From a virus (taxonomy: Duplodnaviria; Caudoviricetes), in the IMG/VR virus record IMGVR_UViG_3300044723_007969: a stretch of 64,000 bases of DNA; one strand, 5' to 3'. The notes beneath the pieces are model-generated. The model was given only the letters and a program-made list of their open reading frames with translations, ran no database searches and had not been told where the DNA came from. The position numbers and the translations under genes were made by a program. Positions 25,835-41,300 of the stretch are shown here, piece after piece; within the stretch, counting starts at the first letter, position 1; every line of letters starts with the position of its first letter.

Positions 25835-28800
25835 ATGGCCACAACAGACAGACAGAACAGATTATTAGTTGCGGAAGATTGGCAGAAGATCTACCAGTCA
25901 TTCCAGCAGGCAGATTTCAAATCCTACGATTTTGAAACACTACGTAGAACAATGGTGGCATATCTACGTGAGAACTATCCAGACGATTTCAACGATTTCG
26001 TGGAAAGTTCGGAGTACGTTGCACTCATAGATCTAATCGCCTACATAGCACAGGCTTTGAGTTTCAGGGTTGATCTAAACGCTAGGGAAAATTTCTTAGA
26101 AACCGCAGAAAGAAGAGACTCGGTACTAAGACTTGCACGTCTTATAAATTACAACGCCAAAAGAAATAGGCCAGCAACAGGGCTCTTGAAAATTAATTCT
26201 ATGTCTACAACACAGGACGTGGTAGACAGTTCAGGCACAAACCTATCAAACCAAACTGTTATCTGGAATGACTCTGCAAACAGCAATTACAGAGAACAGT
26301 TTATTGCGATATTGAATGCCGCTAACCAAACAGGACAACTTTTTGGAAATCCAAGGGAGTCAGGACCCATCGGTGGAATAGATACAGAAGTATACACTTT
26401 AAGTTCCAACCAGATCGATCTGCCTTTGTTCAAGTATGTCAAGTCTATTGGCGGAGTATCAAGACAGTTTGAAATAGTACCAAGCACAATAAACAATTCT
26501 GATTCAATTTATGAATCAGATCCTATCCCGGGCACAGGCCTGACCTACACTTATAGATCAGACGGCGGCGGTGACAGTTCCAACAACACAGGATTCTTTT
26601 TCTTGTTCAAGCAAGGAACCATGCAGTATGCAGACTTCACAGTGGACACAGCAATCACGAATTACATTAGATCCATAACGGTTAACAATATCAATGACTC
26701 GGACGTGTGGCTGTACAAGTTGGACCAGTTCGGACAGATGTCAGAGAAATGGACACAGGTACCTGCACTATCTGGAAACAACGCAATTTATAACTCTCTA
26801 TCAGGCTCGGAAAGAAACATCTACAATGTTGTTACTAAGGCAGATGATAAGATAGATCTAGTTTTTGGAGACGGAACTTTTTCTAATCTCCCCCTAGGGT
26901 CTTTTAGGACATATCACAGGATAAGCGACAACGTAAAATACGCTATAACACCTGCAGACATGCAGAACGTGACTTTATCAGTTCCTTACACAGACAACTT
27001 TGGAGCACAACAGAGCCTTACATTGTCAGTGGGATTAAGACAGTCGGTTTACAATTCCGCGGCCGCAGAAACCAGTGAGTCGATAAAAGAAAAAGCCGCA
27101 CAGGTTTATTATTCACAGAATAGGATGATCACAGCAGAGGATTATCAAGTGGTACCCCTTTCAGCATCACAAGAAATAGTAAAAGTTAGATCTATTAACA
27201 GATCAGCCTCAGGAATTTCAAGAGCCAAGGAGATACTCGACCCATCAGGTGCATATTCAAATGTCAGTGTTTTTGCAGATGACGGAATATTATACAGAGA
27301 AGAATCAACACAACAATTTACTTTCACGTTCAACAACAGGGGTGACATACAATCAATAATGGACGGTTCAATAGAAAACAAACTGAAACAACCATACTCG
27401 AGACACTTCTACTATTTCAAATATGGGACGAAAGATCTCAGCACATTAACTGCCACGTGGAATTCAACTACTACATCCACGAACACCAATACCGGATACT
27501 TTACTTCTACAGGTGCATTGTCGATCGGTGATTTTGCAACTTCTAATTTTAAATTCGCAAAGCCGGGTGCATTGGTTAAATTCACTTCACCAGACACACG
27601 AGGGTTTTTAAACGATTCCTTAGTTACAGCAGGAACAGATGATGCTCAAGACAGGAAATGGGCCAAGATAGGTGCATTAGTAGGAGATGGCGCAAACAGC
27701 GGTGTAGGTAACCTTGAGTCGGGTGTTGGACCTGTGACGTTGAGTAGTGTGATACCTAACGGTGCAGTTGCAAGTGCAGTGATACCGAATTTCACAACTT
27801 CATTTGCACAAGACCTAGAGTTGAACATGATGGATAGAATAGAACAATTTGAAGAGTTCGGTCTAAGATACGATATTAATTCGGAAACATGGAAAGTTAT
27901 TACAGCAACAAATTTAAGCACTTCGTCTGTTTTCAGCCTTGATAACACAGGTGATACCTCAGCAACTAATTTAGATGCAAGTTGGTGGTTCAAGTTCACC
28001 AATGACGGAAACACGTACACAGTGACATACAGGAAGTTGGAATATATATTTGAATCTGAATCACAGAACAAGTTTCACTACGACACAGAAGAAAAAATTT
28101 ACGATTACAAGACAGGAAAAAGTGTTAAGGACACAGTAAAAGTACTAAAAACTAATTCATTAATATCTACAGGCAACAGCATAGGTTACCCTATTACATG
28201 GCAAGTGACAGACACAGTGAAAGAAGCAGACGGTTTCCAAGACAACAGGAAAGTCAAGGTTGGCTTCTATGATGATGACGACGACGGTGTTGTAGACAAT
28301 CCTGAACTTTTTGATATTATTGTGGAGCCAACATTATCTGAAAGCACCAAATTTGTATTTTTTGAAAAATACACATCCTATGACAACATATCAAGATTTA
28401 GACCATACGCGGCATCAAACTTTGTGGTGACACAAAATGAATCAGATATAAATCTTAACACTGCCACGTACACAGATAATCAGTTGTTTTACTTTTACGC
28501 ATCAGATGAGGACGTGATAAAGAAGTACGACTTGTCTACCAACACACTTTCAACTACCACAGATTACTTGGCTAGAAAGGGTAGAAGGTCTATAAATTTC
28601 CAATACAAGCACAACGCAGGACAAGAGACAAGGATAGATCCTAGTGTCTCTAACATTGTAGATGTCTACATGCTGGAGAGAACTTATGATAACCTTTACA
28701 GGATTTGGTTGCAGGACGGAGGTGTAAAACCTGCCACATCAACTTCAGACCAACTAAGGATTAATTATTCGGGTACTCTAAATCCATTGAAGTCACTTTC

Positions 28801-29323
28801 TGATCAGATAGTGTATCATCCGGTCAAGTACAAGATACTTTTCGGTAGCAACGCGGACGAGGAATTACAAGCCACGTTCAAAGTAGTTAAGAATCCTAAA
28901 ACCAATGTGACAGACGCAGTAATAAAGACAAGAGTAGTTGCGGCAATAAACGAATTCTTTGCACTGGACAACTGGGATTTTGGAGATACATTTTATTTTA
29001 CAGAATTAGCCGCTTACATACACAATCAATTGGCTCCGGATCTGTTGACAGCAGTGATAGTTCCTAACCAATCAGGACAGGGTTTTGGGTCTCTGTTCCA
29101 GATAGATTCAGCGTCAGACGAAATTTTCATCAGTGGGGCCACCGTTGGTGATGTAACAATAATAAGTGCATTGGGAGCCAATCAGTTATTGGCATCCGGC
29201 ACAGTTGTGACATCAACATCAACTGCCACGAACAATACTACATCAGGATCAGCAGTATCAGGCTCTACTACAACAACGTCCGGTTCAGGTTCAAACACCG
29301 GCAGTAGTGGATCAGGATACTAA
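25835..29323 (+). CDS. gp6: Baseplate wedge subunit (gp6-like, extended)
   Basis: 'DFETLR...YPDDFNDF.ESS', 'ENFLETAERRDSV', 'LVFGDG', 'QNRMITAEDY'. Confidence 0.88.
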   Translation: MATTDRQNRLLVAEDWQKIYQSFQQADFKSYDFETLRRTMVAYLRENYPDDFNDFVESSEYVALIDLIAYIAQALSFRVDLNARENFLETAERRDSVLRLARLINYNAKRNRPATGLLKINSMSTTQDVVDSSGTNLSNQTVIWNDSANSNYREQFIAILNAANQTGQLFGNPRESGPIGGIDTEVYTLSSNQIDLPLFKYVKSIGGVSRQFEIVPSTINNSDSIYESDPIPGTGLTYTYRSDGGGDSSNNTGFFFLFKQGTMQYADFTVDTAITNYIRSITVNNINDSDVWLYKLDQFGQMSEKWTQVPALSGNNAIYNSLSGSERNIYNVVTKADDKIDLVFGDGTFSNLPLGSFRTYHRISDNVKYAITPADMQNVTLSVPYTDNFGAQQSLTLSVGLRQSVYNSAAAETSESIKEKAAQVYYSQNRMITAEDYQVVPLSASQEIVKVRSINRSASGISRAKEILDPSGAYSNVSVFADDGILYREESTQQFTFTFNNRGDIQSIMDGSIENKLKQPYSRHFYYFKYGTKDLSTLTATWNSTTTSTNTNTGYFTSTGALSIGDFATSNFKFAKPGALVKFTSPDTRGFLNDSLVTAGTDDAQDRKWAKIGALVGDGANSGVGNLESGVGPVTLSSVIPNGAVASAVIPNFTTSFAQDLELNMMDRIEQFEEFGLRYDINSETWKVITATNLSTSSVFSLDNTGDTSATNLDASWWFKFTNDGNTYTVTYRKLEYIFESESQNKFHYDTEEKIYDYKTGKSVKDTVKVLKTNSLISTGNSIGYPITWQVTDTVKEADGFQDNRKVKVGFYDDDDDGVVDNPELFDIIVEPTLSESTKFVFFEKYTSYDNISRFRPYAASNFVVTQNESDINLNTATYTDNQLFYFYASDEDVIKKYDLSTNTLSTTTDYLARKGRRSINFQYKHNAGQETRIDPSVSNIVDVYMLERTYDNLYRIWLQDGGVKPATSTSDQLRINYSGTLNPLKSLSDQIVYHPVKYKILFGSNADEELQATFKVVKNPKTNVTDAVIKTRVVAAINEFFALDNWDFGDTFYFTELAAYIHNQLAPDLLTAVIVPNQSGQGFGSLFQIDSASDEIFISGATVGDVTIISALGANQLLASGTVVTSTSTATNNTTSGSAVSGSTTTTSGSGSNTGSSGSGY

Positions 29324-32300
29324 TGGCAGATAACACAACTAATTCACTAACAAATAACGAAGTTGTCAAACAAGGCAACAACGAGTACAGACGTACGGTT
29401 CAACATTTACCTGCTTTTTATAGAACAGACACTAACCAGAGGTTCCTTTCCAGCACCGTAGATCCTTTGATACAGAAAGGTGCACTTGAAAGACTAGACG
29501 GGTTCATAGGTAGACAAGACGCATACACAAGGCAAGTCACAGACAGATATGTTTCTGCAACCAATCGGGATAGATATGCATACCAACTGGAACCGGCAGT
29601 AACATACACAAACAGAGACACAACGTCGGTCAACCCAGAGGATCAGGTCAAGTTCACAGGTACGTATGATGATTACATCAACCAGATCAAGTACTTTGGA
29701 GGAAAAATCAATAATCACGACAGACTAAACAAAGAAAAAATATACAGTTGGAATCCTGCGATTGACTACGACAAACTGATCAATTACAGAGAGTATTACT
29801 GGATACCAGAGGGACCGGGATCCATAGAAATAGATTCTGTAGGACCAAATGCAGTGGCGGAATATTCAGTAGAGAATTTAGCACAAGGTGCCTACAACTT
29901 CTCACACAGGGAGAATGAAAACAATCCTATATTGACACTTTACAGAGGCAACACATACAAATTTAATGTAAACGCAAAAGGACATCCGTTCTACATAATG
30001 ACTGAGCCATACAAGGACGGGTCGACAAATTTATTTTACACGTCAGGTGTGACCAATGCTGGCGCAGACACAGGGACAGTGACTTTTACAGTGCCTACGG
30101 GAGCACCGGATATACTTTACTATCAGTGTGGTAATCATGATGCCATGTATGGTATCTTACAAATAAAAACTATCACGTCGACAACAGAAATCAATCCTGC
30201 CGATGACATAATAGGTGCAAAAAATTACAGTCTGAGAACTTTAGATCTTTCAAATGGTATGAAGATCAAGTTTCCGGCCAGCCTAGTGGGATCAGATTAT
30301 CAGAACAGGGAATACTACGTTGAGGGCGTTGGAGATTCAATAACATTGACAGACGTTGATGACATGATAACTCCGGCCAGTTATTCCACAGAGACGACAG
30401 TATTATATGATGCAGTTGGTTATGACACAAGACCTTATGCAAAGGCTTTCTACACACCAGACGCTAAAGATTACATAACAATTAAGAAGGATTCACGTGA
30501 CCAGAACTCCTGGTCAAGATATAACAGATGGTTCCACAGATCTGTGATTGAAGAGACTGCTAGGGTTTCGGGTTTCACACCTGTACTGGATGAGGACAGC
30601 AGGGCAAAGAGACCCATAATTGAGTTTGATTCAGGACTAGCACTTTATAACCATGGTACGGTAGCCAAAAGATCCGTAACACTTTTTGATACAGTAACGA
30701 CAGATGCTTTCAGCAGTGTGGTCAAACAGACAGGTTATATCATTGATGGATTACCTGTAGAAGACGGAATGAGAGTTGTGTTTTCTGCAGACACTGATTC
30801 TACAGTTAAAAATAAAATATATGTCGTGAACTTTGTCACAGCAGGAGATTCCACACAGGTAATATCCTTAACAGAAGCATCAGACGGCACACCAGCGGCC
30901 GACGAAAGTATTTTTATTGAGTTTGGTTCAGCAAACCAAGGAAACACATATCACTATGATGCAACATCTGAATCATGGAAATTATCTCAACAGAAGACCG
31001 GAGTGAACCAACAGCCGTTGTTCAAAATGTTCGACAACGAACATACTAGTTTCGACGATGCAACAACGTATCCCAACTCATCTTTCACAGGTGCAACTGT
31101 TTTCAAATTTGCAACGTCGGATACAGCACCGACAGACACAGTATTGGGTATAAAAGTGAAATACAACACTGTCAACAACATCGGTGACATAGTGTTTGAA
31201 TCAGATCATACATCTGGAACATTCACATACAAATTAGGTACTACAACATTTACAAAGAATCTCGCCGAGGGACATCTACACTATACAACAAGCAGAACAA
31301 CGCACAATTCTAGAAGTTCGTGGATACAGAGCACAAACCCTAGCAAACAACGAGTCATAAGGACTTTCACAGTTGGGAAAACAGAAAAAAAATTATTCCC
31401 TGTGGACTGTTATGACAAATCAGCATTATTGACCGATCTTGAAATTTCAGTTTCTGTGAATGGTGAGAAAAAATCGCTGACAACAGATTACACATTAGTA
31501 AATGGTACTAAAAACAGATACGTAAAATTTGTCAAAGAACTTATTGTGGATGACCAAATAAGGTTATCTGTGTACAGTGCCGCCGACAAAGTGAAAGGCA
31601 AAGGCATTTATGAGGTTCCAGACAACTTGTCCACAAACAGCATGAATGGCAAGTTAGGCACATTCACTTATGGTCAGGTGTTGAGACATGTAAGAGATAT
31701 ATTTGAGAAGAACACTAATCTCACAGGATCGGTGCCAGGTAGCACAAATTTAAGAGATAATCCAGACTCACGTTTTCTAGGTGGTACAATACACCAACAC
31801 GAAGGTCCATTACTGCCGGCAATATACGGGCTGATAGATCGAGATACTAATTTAATTAATGCCATTGAGTACACAGCTCATGAATATGAAAAATGGTATG
31901 ATGCATTTCTGACACATATAACAGGTACTGCTTACGAGGGAGTTGCCGCTGATAGGGTGGATGAAATAATCAGCAGTATTACTACTGGAAGGAATTCGAG
32001 TTTTCCTTTCTACTATGAAGACATGTTGGGGTATGGAGAGAATGTTACAACTAGATCATACACGGTGTTGGGTGCATCACAGACAGAATATGCAATAGAT
32101 TCAATTCATGACATAACCAAAATAAGCAATAGGGCAGTGTACGTTTATCTTAATGATGTGCAGTTGTTGGTCGGCTCACAGTACACATTCAGCACCACAG
32201 ACGATAGTGTCAACATAACAGCAACACTTACCGAAGGAGATAGGATCGTAATAAAAGATTACGCAGACACAACAGGAAGTTACATGCCAACTTCACCGAC

Positions 32301-35300
32301 CAAACTAGGCATGTATCCAAAGTTTACACCAGAAATATTCACGGATGACACATACATCACAAGCACGACAGTGATAAGAAAACATGATGGATCCATAATT
32401 AAAGCATACGGTGACGAACGTGATTCTTTAATACTGGAATTAGAGAAAAGAATTTACAACAATCTTAAGACATCGTACGATAACACACTTATCAACATAA
32501 ATGACGTATTGCCAAATGTTTTTTCTTCAACGGAGTATACGGTAGATGAAATAAATGACATAATGGCAACAGATTTCTACTCATGGGCGGGACGTGGAAA
32601 TGTACAATACATCAGTAACACAACATTCGTAGAAGGATCACCATTCACTTACAACTATGCACGATCAACATCCAACAAGTCAGGTGACAAGTTGCCGGGA
32701 TATTGGAGAGCCATATACAAAGAATATTACGACACAGATGCACCTCACGTGAGACCATGGGAGATGCTAGGACATTCAGAAAAGCCAACAGATTGGGACA
32801 CAACTTATGGAACTGCACCTTACACCTCAGGTAACAGTATTTTATGGAACAAAATTGCCACAGAGTCAGGAAGGTACGGCAAACCAGGCATACTAAATTA
32901 CTTGCCGGTAGACACATCAGGTAACCTGCTCGACCCGTTGGCGATAGGGTTAGTGGACAACCTCGACGTGGCAGGCAGGTCAGCAGGATGGAAGTTTGGT
33001 GATCAATCACCAGCAGAAACTGCCTGGAGGAGATCGTCAGCATATACTTTTTCAGTGATAAGAACATTGGCACTGACAAAACCCGCCAAGTTTTTCAGCA
33101 ACTTATTTGATCCATCTAGATTGACAACAAATGTTGCAGGAAATCAGATAGACACAGACACAGGAGTCAGGTCCACACTGGCCACTTCTAAATATCACCT
33201 AGAGACTGTAACAGACAACAACACAGGAATAACGACGAGGTACCACACAGCGGGTTACCAGCCCTTTATTGTGAACCACTTGGTGTCAAAGAACCTTGAT
33301 CCAAAAACTTTCTACTATGACAGGATGAAAAATCTTAAAGTTCAACTGGCATACAAATTGGGAGGATTCACTGACAAGGATAATATAAAAATATTAACAG
33401 ATTCAGTATCTCCAGGATCAACATCAGGATCCAAGTTCATACCTGATGAGAACTACAAGATTTTATTCAGGACGTCAAACCCTGTTGACAGTTTCCAATA
33501 TTCGGGTGTACTGATTGAGAAGAACACGGATACAACAACAAAAACAGATGGTTCTACTGTAACAAATGTTGGTGGGTATAAAGTTCTAGGTTATTCAAAA
33601 TCAAAACCGTATTTTAACTTCAATTATCCGATAAAGACCACAACTGCTTCAGCAGTGTCAGTGGAAGGTTCGGTGACAGTAGAGAAATTTAACATCTACC
33701 AAGAAGCCACACAGACTGTGCCTTATGGGCATGTGTTCGACACCATACAGGATGTGGCTGACTTCTTGTTTGGATACGGACACTGGTTGGAAGACCAAGG
33801 GTTCCGCTTTAATAAGTTTTCAAAGGAACTGAAGGAAACATTGAACTGGTCAAACGCAGTTAGAGAATTCTTGTTCTGGACAACACAACAATGGACACCA
33901 GGATCAGCGGTAACAGTATCACCTGCGGCAGACGGTTTCGAGTTAGACACAACAGACGGTATTGTAGGCAAAATGCGAAATCTTTCGGGAGACTATTCTA
34001 TACTTGACTCCGGTGGAAGAAAAATAGATGTAAGAGAAATATCAACAAAGAGATTAGGTAAAACATTCGAGTTAGGAATCAAATCTGCAGATGTTGGACT
34101 ATACAATATTGCTTTGAACACCGTACAGAAGGAACACATTCTGTTGTTTGACAACAGCACCGTGTTCTCGGATATCATATACGAACCATACACAGGATTT
34201 AGACAAGAGAGATTAAAACTTGTTGGATGGAAAACAGCCGGATGGAACGGCGACTACTATGCTCCAGGGTTTGTGTTTGATGCCGCACAGGTCACATACT
34301 GGTTGGCCAACACAGATTACAGGATCGGGGATTCAGTAGAGTATCAGGCCAAATTCTATGTGTCCAAGGCAAATCACAATTCGGGACCTAAGTTTGACAT
34401 AGAGAATTGGACATTGAAAACAGAAAAACCAGCACCACAACTAATACCAAACTTCGAATACAAGATTTCACAATTCAATGATTTTTACAATCTAGAAACG
34501 AACAACTTTGATGAATCTCAACAAAAGTTAGCACAGAGATTGATCGGGTATCAGTCAAGGGATTACTTAGAAAATCTTTTCGTCAACGACGTATCACAGT
34601 ACAAGTTCTATCACGGATTTATAAAGGAGAAAGGTACCAAAAATGCAATAGACAAGATACTCAAAGCCAAGTATGAGGGCGAGGACATTGATCTAGATCT
34701 ACATCCTGAATGGATGATAAGGACAGGAAATTTTGGTAACACAGATTCAACGGAAAGCATACAGATAACACTCAATCAAAATCAAATTACTTCAGATCCT
34801 CAGAGCATTGAGCTACTAGAAAACACAAAAGACACGCCGGAGTACGCAAGATCAGAAGGTGTTGCTAAAGATAATTTTTTCTACAAGCCAGTGGAGTACA
34901 CAACCTCAACAACGTTCAGTAGGTTGGATTACACTAAAGAAGGAGTTAATAGAGATACTGCACAGGTATTCAAGACTGCTGGCTATCCACAGTTGGGACA
35001 GGTACAACACACAGCATTCAATATAACAGACATTTTCAACCTAGATGTAAACAGAGTTGCATCAAGCGAATTGATATGGGTGGCCAATAAATCTAATAGA
35101 GATTGGGACGTGTTCAGGATCACAGCGGGAGATTTTAAAATTGCAACTGTGCGTTCAGTAAATGGTGCCTCGCAGTTGGAACTTATCTTCACAGGTTCAC
35201 ATGGATTGTCACAAGGTACACAGACAACAGAAGCAGATTACTTCGCTATAAGCAACAGCGAGGAAGAAACGCTTAATGGAGTTTATCAGGTCGCTTCGAT

Positions 35301-38300
35301 AGTGGACCACAGGACTGTACTCATTGATTACACAGGTAATACATCTTTCATACCGGCATTGGAAGATGGATCGACTGCAGACACTTATGGCAATGTCTAT
35401 AAGTTTATATCTGTGAGAGTAGATTCCATGGACAACTGTAATGACAAAATAAACTATGACAAGTACAGGGATAGAGACAACAGCATAGAACGTGAGGGCG
35501 ACAAGGTTTTCGCAGACGCAGACAGTTCGGGACTGTGGCGTGTTTATGAAAAGCAAGATCCATACACACTGAAAAACATTTTATCTCCAGATTCAGCAAC
35601 GACCCAACAAGATTTTGGACACAGGATAGTTGCACGTAATGACGGAAGGACGGTGATCGCATCTGCACCTGGCAAAGCACAAGGGGAAGTACACTTCCTG
35701 TTCAGGTCCACAGCAACACCAGGGTCACTGTTCAGACCAAACTCAACGGTTACAACGACGGCCGGAAATGACAATACAAGTAAACTAGGTGAATCACTGT
35801 CGATGAGCACGGATGAGAACTTTGTTATTGCGGGTGCACCGTATGCCAATTCTCTTGGTTCAGATGGTAGCACAAGATTCGCAGACGCAGGAGCCATAGA
35901 GTTATTTGTGTGGGATCCGTCGACGTTCAAGTACGGAACACTAGTGACAAAGAGACCACCCACAGACCAGGCATCACAGAACTTTGGCTGGGCACACAAG
36001 ATCGCTGAGCCAGGTGCAAGTTCAGTCAGAAGCACGCCAACAAAATACATGTTTGTGTCCGCACCTGGACTTAATTCAGACACGGGCAGAGTGTACATGT
36101 ATGAGTGGGGTATAGGTGCTGATGGATCAACGTATGATTCATGGACTCAGTGTGCAACAATAGATTCAGCAGAAGGTGGATCAGGGCAGAGATTCGGTCA
36201 CCGGTTGGAAGTCAACGACAACGGGGACATATTGGCTGTAAGTTCGATCGCACCAGGCAACGCAGGCAAGGTTGACATATTTGTTAGATCATCACACTCC
36301 AATGACGATAGTGTGGCACATTCATTCACTCATGTACAAACACTGACAGGAGTATCAACAGATGGCTCTAGTTTGAACACACAATTTGGTGATTCCGTTG
36401 CAATGAGCAAAGACGGAACACGATTGATTATAGGAGCACCGGGCGTTGACAAAACAGAGCAAGACGATGCAGGTGCAATATATTATTACAAATGGAACGC
36501 AGACGGTTCCACAAACACATACACATTACAACAGACCATGGAATCACCTGATTCCCAAGTCAACATGAGATTTGGAACGTCATTAAGCATGAACCAAGCA
36601 GGCACCAGGTTGATCATAGGCGCACAGAATTTTTCAAACGTCAGAGAGATGAAGTTCGACGCCGGAGAAACAACATTCGATCTACAAGACACAACAATAT
36701 CAGATACCAACACAGAATCAGGCAGTGCCTACACGGCCACGATGTACAACACCAAATTTGTCATAGATGACAGATTGATCACGGATAGTGTGTCAGCACA
36801 CGACGGGTTCGGCAAAGGAGTTTGTGTCACAGACAACACAGTGCTGGTAGGAGCGCCACAGGATGATGGCAACATCGCATCGGACGGAAGTAGCAGGGTG
36901 CAGAACGACGGAACACTGTCGTGTTTTGATCTATCTGTTTCAGGGGAATATGCATGGAAAAATATAACTTTTGAGACACCGTTGATCGACATAGAGAAGG
37001 CCGGACAGGTATTTGATTTCAACAACAAAACTAAACAAATAAGAGATTTCTATGACCTTTATGATCCAGTGCAAGGTCGTATATTGGGGGTAGCAGATCG
37101 TGAAATCAATTACAAGACAGAGTGGGATCCAGCGACCTACAACACAGGCCAAGACGAAAATACAAAAACACCATGGGCGGAGGAACACCTGGGAGAAGTA
37201 TGGTGGGATCTATCTCAGGTAAAATGGCTTTGGTATGATCAAGGTACACAAGAATACAAATTTAATCACTGGGGACAGAAATTTCCAGGATCGACAATAG
37301 ACATATATGAATGGACAGAGTCACCCGTGCTTCCAAGCGTATGGAACACCAGGTCTGGCACACAACAAGGAGCAGTGGAAGGCATATCAGGAATAGCCGC
37401 GTATGGTGATGACTCTAGTTATAACATAGTTCAGAGATATAACTCTTCCGTCAACAGATTTGTGAACATCTATTACTTCTGGGTAAGGAACAGATCAACT
37501 GTACCTACAAATAGTGTTGTGACGAGAAAGAACTCCACATCATTCGTGTCAAACCTTATAGACTTTCCGGAAAGATTTTCATACAAGTATTACTCTATAA
37601 CAGACACCAACATGTTGATCATCAACAAGATAGGCGCACTGACAAACAGTGACATTGTTCTCAACATAGACATCCGGACAAACAACTTCGAGGGCGATTC
37701 ACACAGCGTATGGAAACTGGCGAAAGAGGGTGATAAGGACTGGAGACCAGGACATCAGATAGAGACACGTTGGTGGGATTCACTCACAGGCAAGAACGTA
37801 GCAGGTGATATTGTTCCTGATCTAGACCTACCGGTCAACAGGAGATATGGAAACAACATAAGACCTAGGCAGGGGTGGTATGTGAACAGGTTCAATGCAT
37901 TGAAAGAAATAATAGATTATGCAAATGATGTGTTGAAGAAACATCAACTAGTAGGAACAATCAATCTTAACAACTTAAACTCTGCTGATCCAGAACCAAC
38001 AGCACAGAGTTTAGAATGGGACGCATATGTAGACACCTACGCAGAATTGACATACATCGACACTAGAGAGTTCTCTGGAACAGTCAACTATCTTGTGAAG
38101 GCGGACGAAACGGCCAATAATTATTGGGCAATATATACTTGGGACGGTACTGAATGGACTAGGACAAAATTACAAACTTACAACACCTCCGCTTATTGGG
38201 GTTACACAGATTGGTATCAAGTACTGGAACATCATGGTGAGACAGGTATGGTACATGATGCAAATACAAAAATTGACAAACAGGTGACATATCAGTATGA

Positions 38301-41300
38301 ATTGGATACATTGGATCTTGCTGTTGGCAAACATGTAAAAGTGACATCAGCCGACACGGGTGGATGGAAACTGTTCATGAAAACAGCAACAGGATGGAGC
38401 AACGTTGGAACAGAAAACGGCACAATTAGATTAAAAACAACACTGTATGATTATTCCCAGGATGCCACGGGATTTGCAGGACAGGACAGTTTCGACGACA
38501 ATTTCTTTGATCAGGATCCGTCAACAGAAACTAGAAAAATTTTAACAGCACTCAGAGATGATCTTTTCATCAATGATTTAGCGATAGAATACAACACATT
38601 GTTCTTCACCGGACTTAGAAAGGTTCTAGAAGAACAAACATATGTGGACTGGATGTTCAAAACATCTTTTATCAATATTAAGAATTCTGTAAGGAAACTA
38701 GATCAGAGAAAAACTTACACCATAGGCACCGACAGTTGGATAGAGAGTTACATAAATGAAGTTAAACCTTTCCACACAACGATTAGGGAGTACAAGTTAG
38801 GTTACACAAACACAGACACACATGATGGTATATTCTCTGACTTTGATAATCCAACGTTCTATGACCCAGAGACGAACGCTATAAGATCTTTAAACGTTGA
38901 CTCGGACACGGACAAGTTGACCGAATTCCCACACCAGATGTGGTATGACTACCATAAGAAATACGTGCAGTCCATCACAGTGACACACGGAGGTTCAGGA
39001 TATCAACAGATACCGATAGTTACGGTGCTCGGCGGAACAACAGGATCCACAGGACCTTTCCAGATACAGGCTACAAGTTCATCAGGCACAACAAGTGGAC
39101 AGTTTGGTTACTACTATCCTTTGTTCACAAACGAGAAACAAGCAGAGATTTATGACACACAGAATGGTGGAACTGGCACAACGAAGACTTACACGTTCGA
39201 TGGCTATCCGGGTTCTTTCTATGGACCAACGGCATCAACAGCAGAATCAACAAGTGACAAGTCTGGGGCCTTCAAGATGTACATAACACCAACAAACACT
39301 GCGGCAACAGCCACAGCGACAATACAGAATGGTGCAGTCACAAAGATAACTGTCACGGGAATTGGTGCAAATTACAACAGCACTCCTGTGGTGATAATAT
39401 CCGGGGGACGAACGGACGGTTCAACACCAACAGACACTGCCAAGGCATACGCAAATTTGAACAATGACTTGGTCAGAGATCTAGATACAACAATAAAATT
39501 TGACAGGGTGTCTAGCACGTCCAGGGTACAGGACTGGACGGCGTCTACGGCGTACGCTTACAATGATCTAATTAGACACAAAAATCAATTGTACAAAGTG
39601 ACAAAAGCGTTTACGGCAACAACCGATTTTGATGACAATGTAGCAGATCTTTACAAGGTTTATGGAGATGAGACAGGTTTAACAGCCGCTGACAGGACAA
39701 AAGGTTTCTACACGCCAGGCACAGGAATGCCGGGCAACGAACTTGACCAGGTCATGACAGGTATCGACTACGGCGGAACAATGGTGACAGGATTGCTGTT
39801 CAACCAGAGCCAAGGGTGGGACAGATCGGGTTGGTATGATTTTCCATGGGACAACTATGGAGGTTCTAGAGTCAAGGCATTCAAGGGAGATGGTTCATCT
39901 AACACCTTCACATTTGATACCGCACCTGCAACAACAGAAGTTTATCAAGTCTATATAACAGAAGATGACAGCACAAGGAGAAAACTCACAGATGTTGTGA
40001 GGGGTGATGGGTCAAGCGTGGTCATGCCTGTTGGCGGATTGAGTATAACACCGAACGCAAACGCATTGGTAGAATTCATACCGTTCGATGACGACGGTGT
40101 GTTGACACCGACAGATGACAGGACATTGGATTCCATAGTCAAAGGTGGACTTTTTGGATCAGCATTAGGACATGCACCTAGTGATATAATGTTAGAAGGC
40201 GACGACTTTGTATCACCAGATACTAGTTACGCACCTGAAGAGACTGTGCCAGGTCAGTTGTTTGACACATTAGACATAAAAGTTTACACATCACCAGAGT
40301 CAGGAGTTCCATTTATCAGCGAGAAAAATTACACAGGAAATGGAAGCACAACAACTTTCGCCATAGGAGACTTTCCAGGAACATTGGGATCAGTGACAGT
40401 GAGTGTTGGTGGCGTTGTGAAAAAACTAACAACAGATTACACAATCAATGTTGCAAACAAAACAATAACATTTGGATCGGCACCTGCTAACGGCAGTGTA
40501 ATAGCAACTAGGGTTTTTGCTATATCAGGGGATAATTACAGGGTGCTTGACACATTCGTTGGAGATAATTCAACAGTATCGTTTACGACTTCGTCAAGAA
40601 GTGAGTTCAATCTAGATTCAACTGTATCAGACATATACGTGACACAGGATGGAGTACCAAGGACAGATTTTACACGAACCATTACAGCGAATACGGTTAC
40701 AATAACTTTCAATTCACCGGTACCACCGACAGGTGCCTTTATACAGGTTGCAGGATTCAACAAGTCAGCAAGTTCTCCAACAAGGAGTTTTGCAAGTATA
40801 AGGAATCAAGAACTAACATATGCAAGTGGAACGAACAGATACACATTGACATATCCACCAGGTTCTATAGGTCCATTCTCAGGTTTGACAACAGTGGAAG
40901 TAAACGGTAGGGTGCTACGAGGACCAGACAACACGTATTATGTTGGTGACGGAAGCACATACACTTATGGAGTAGTGTCAGGTCTAGAGGATGATTCCAC
41001 AGTTGACCCAGCAAAAACAATTTCATCTGCTTCGCAGGTAGAAGTTTATGTGAACGGAACTAAGAAAGATTTAAACACCGACTACACAGTTGATATAGGA
41101 AATCAAAATATAGAGTTTGTTACATCAGCAGTACCAACATCAACAGATGTAATCTGTATTTCAACTTTAGTTGATCATCAGTACTTTAATCAAGGCACAG
41201 ATATCATATTGGTACCTAGTGCTATAACTTCACCGTATTCACTTTCAAACAGCGACAAGATTTCAGTAACAACATTTAATAATGCTTTGGGAATGAAACA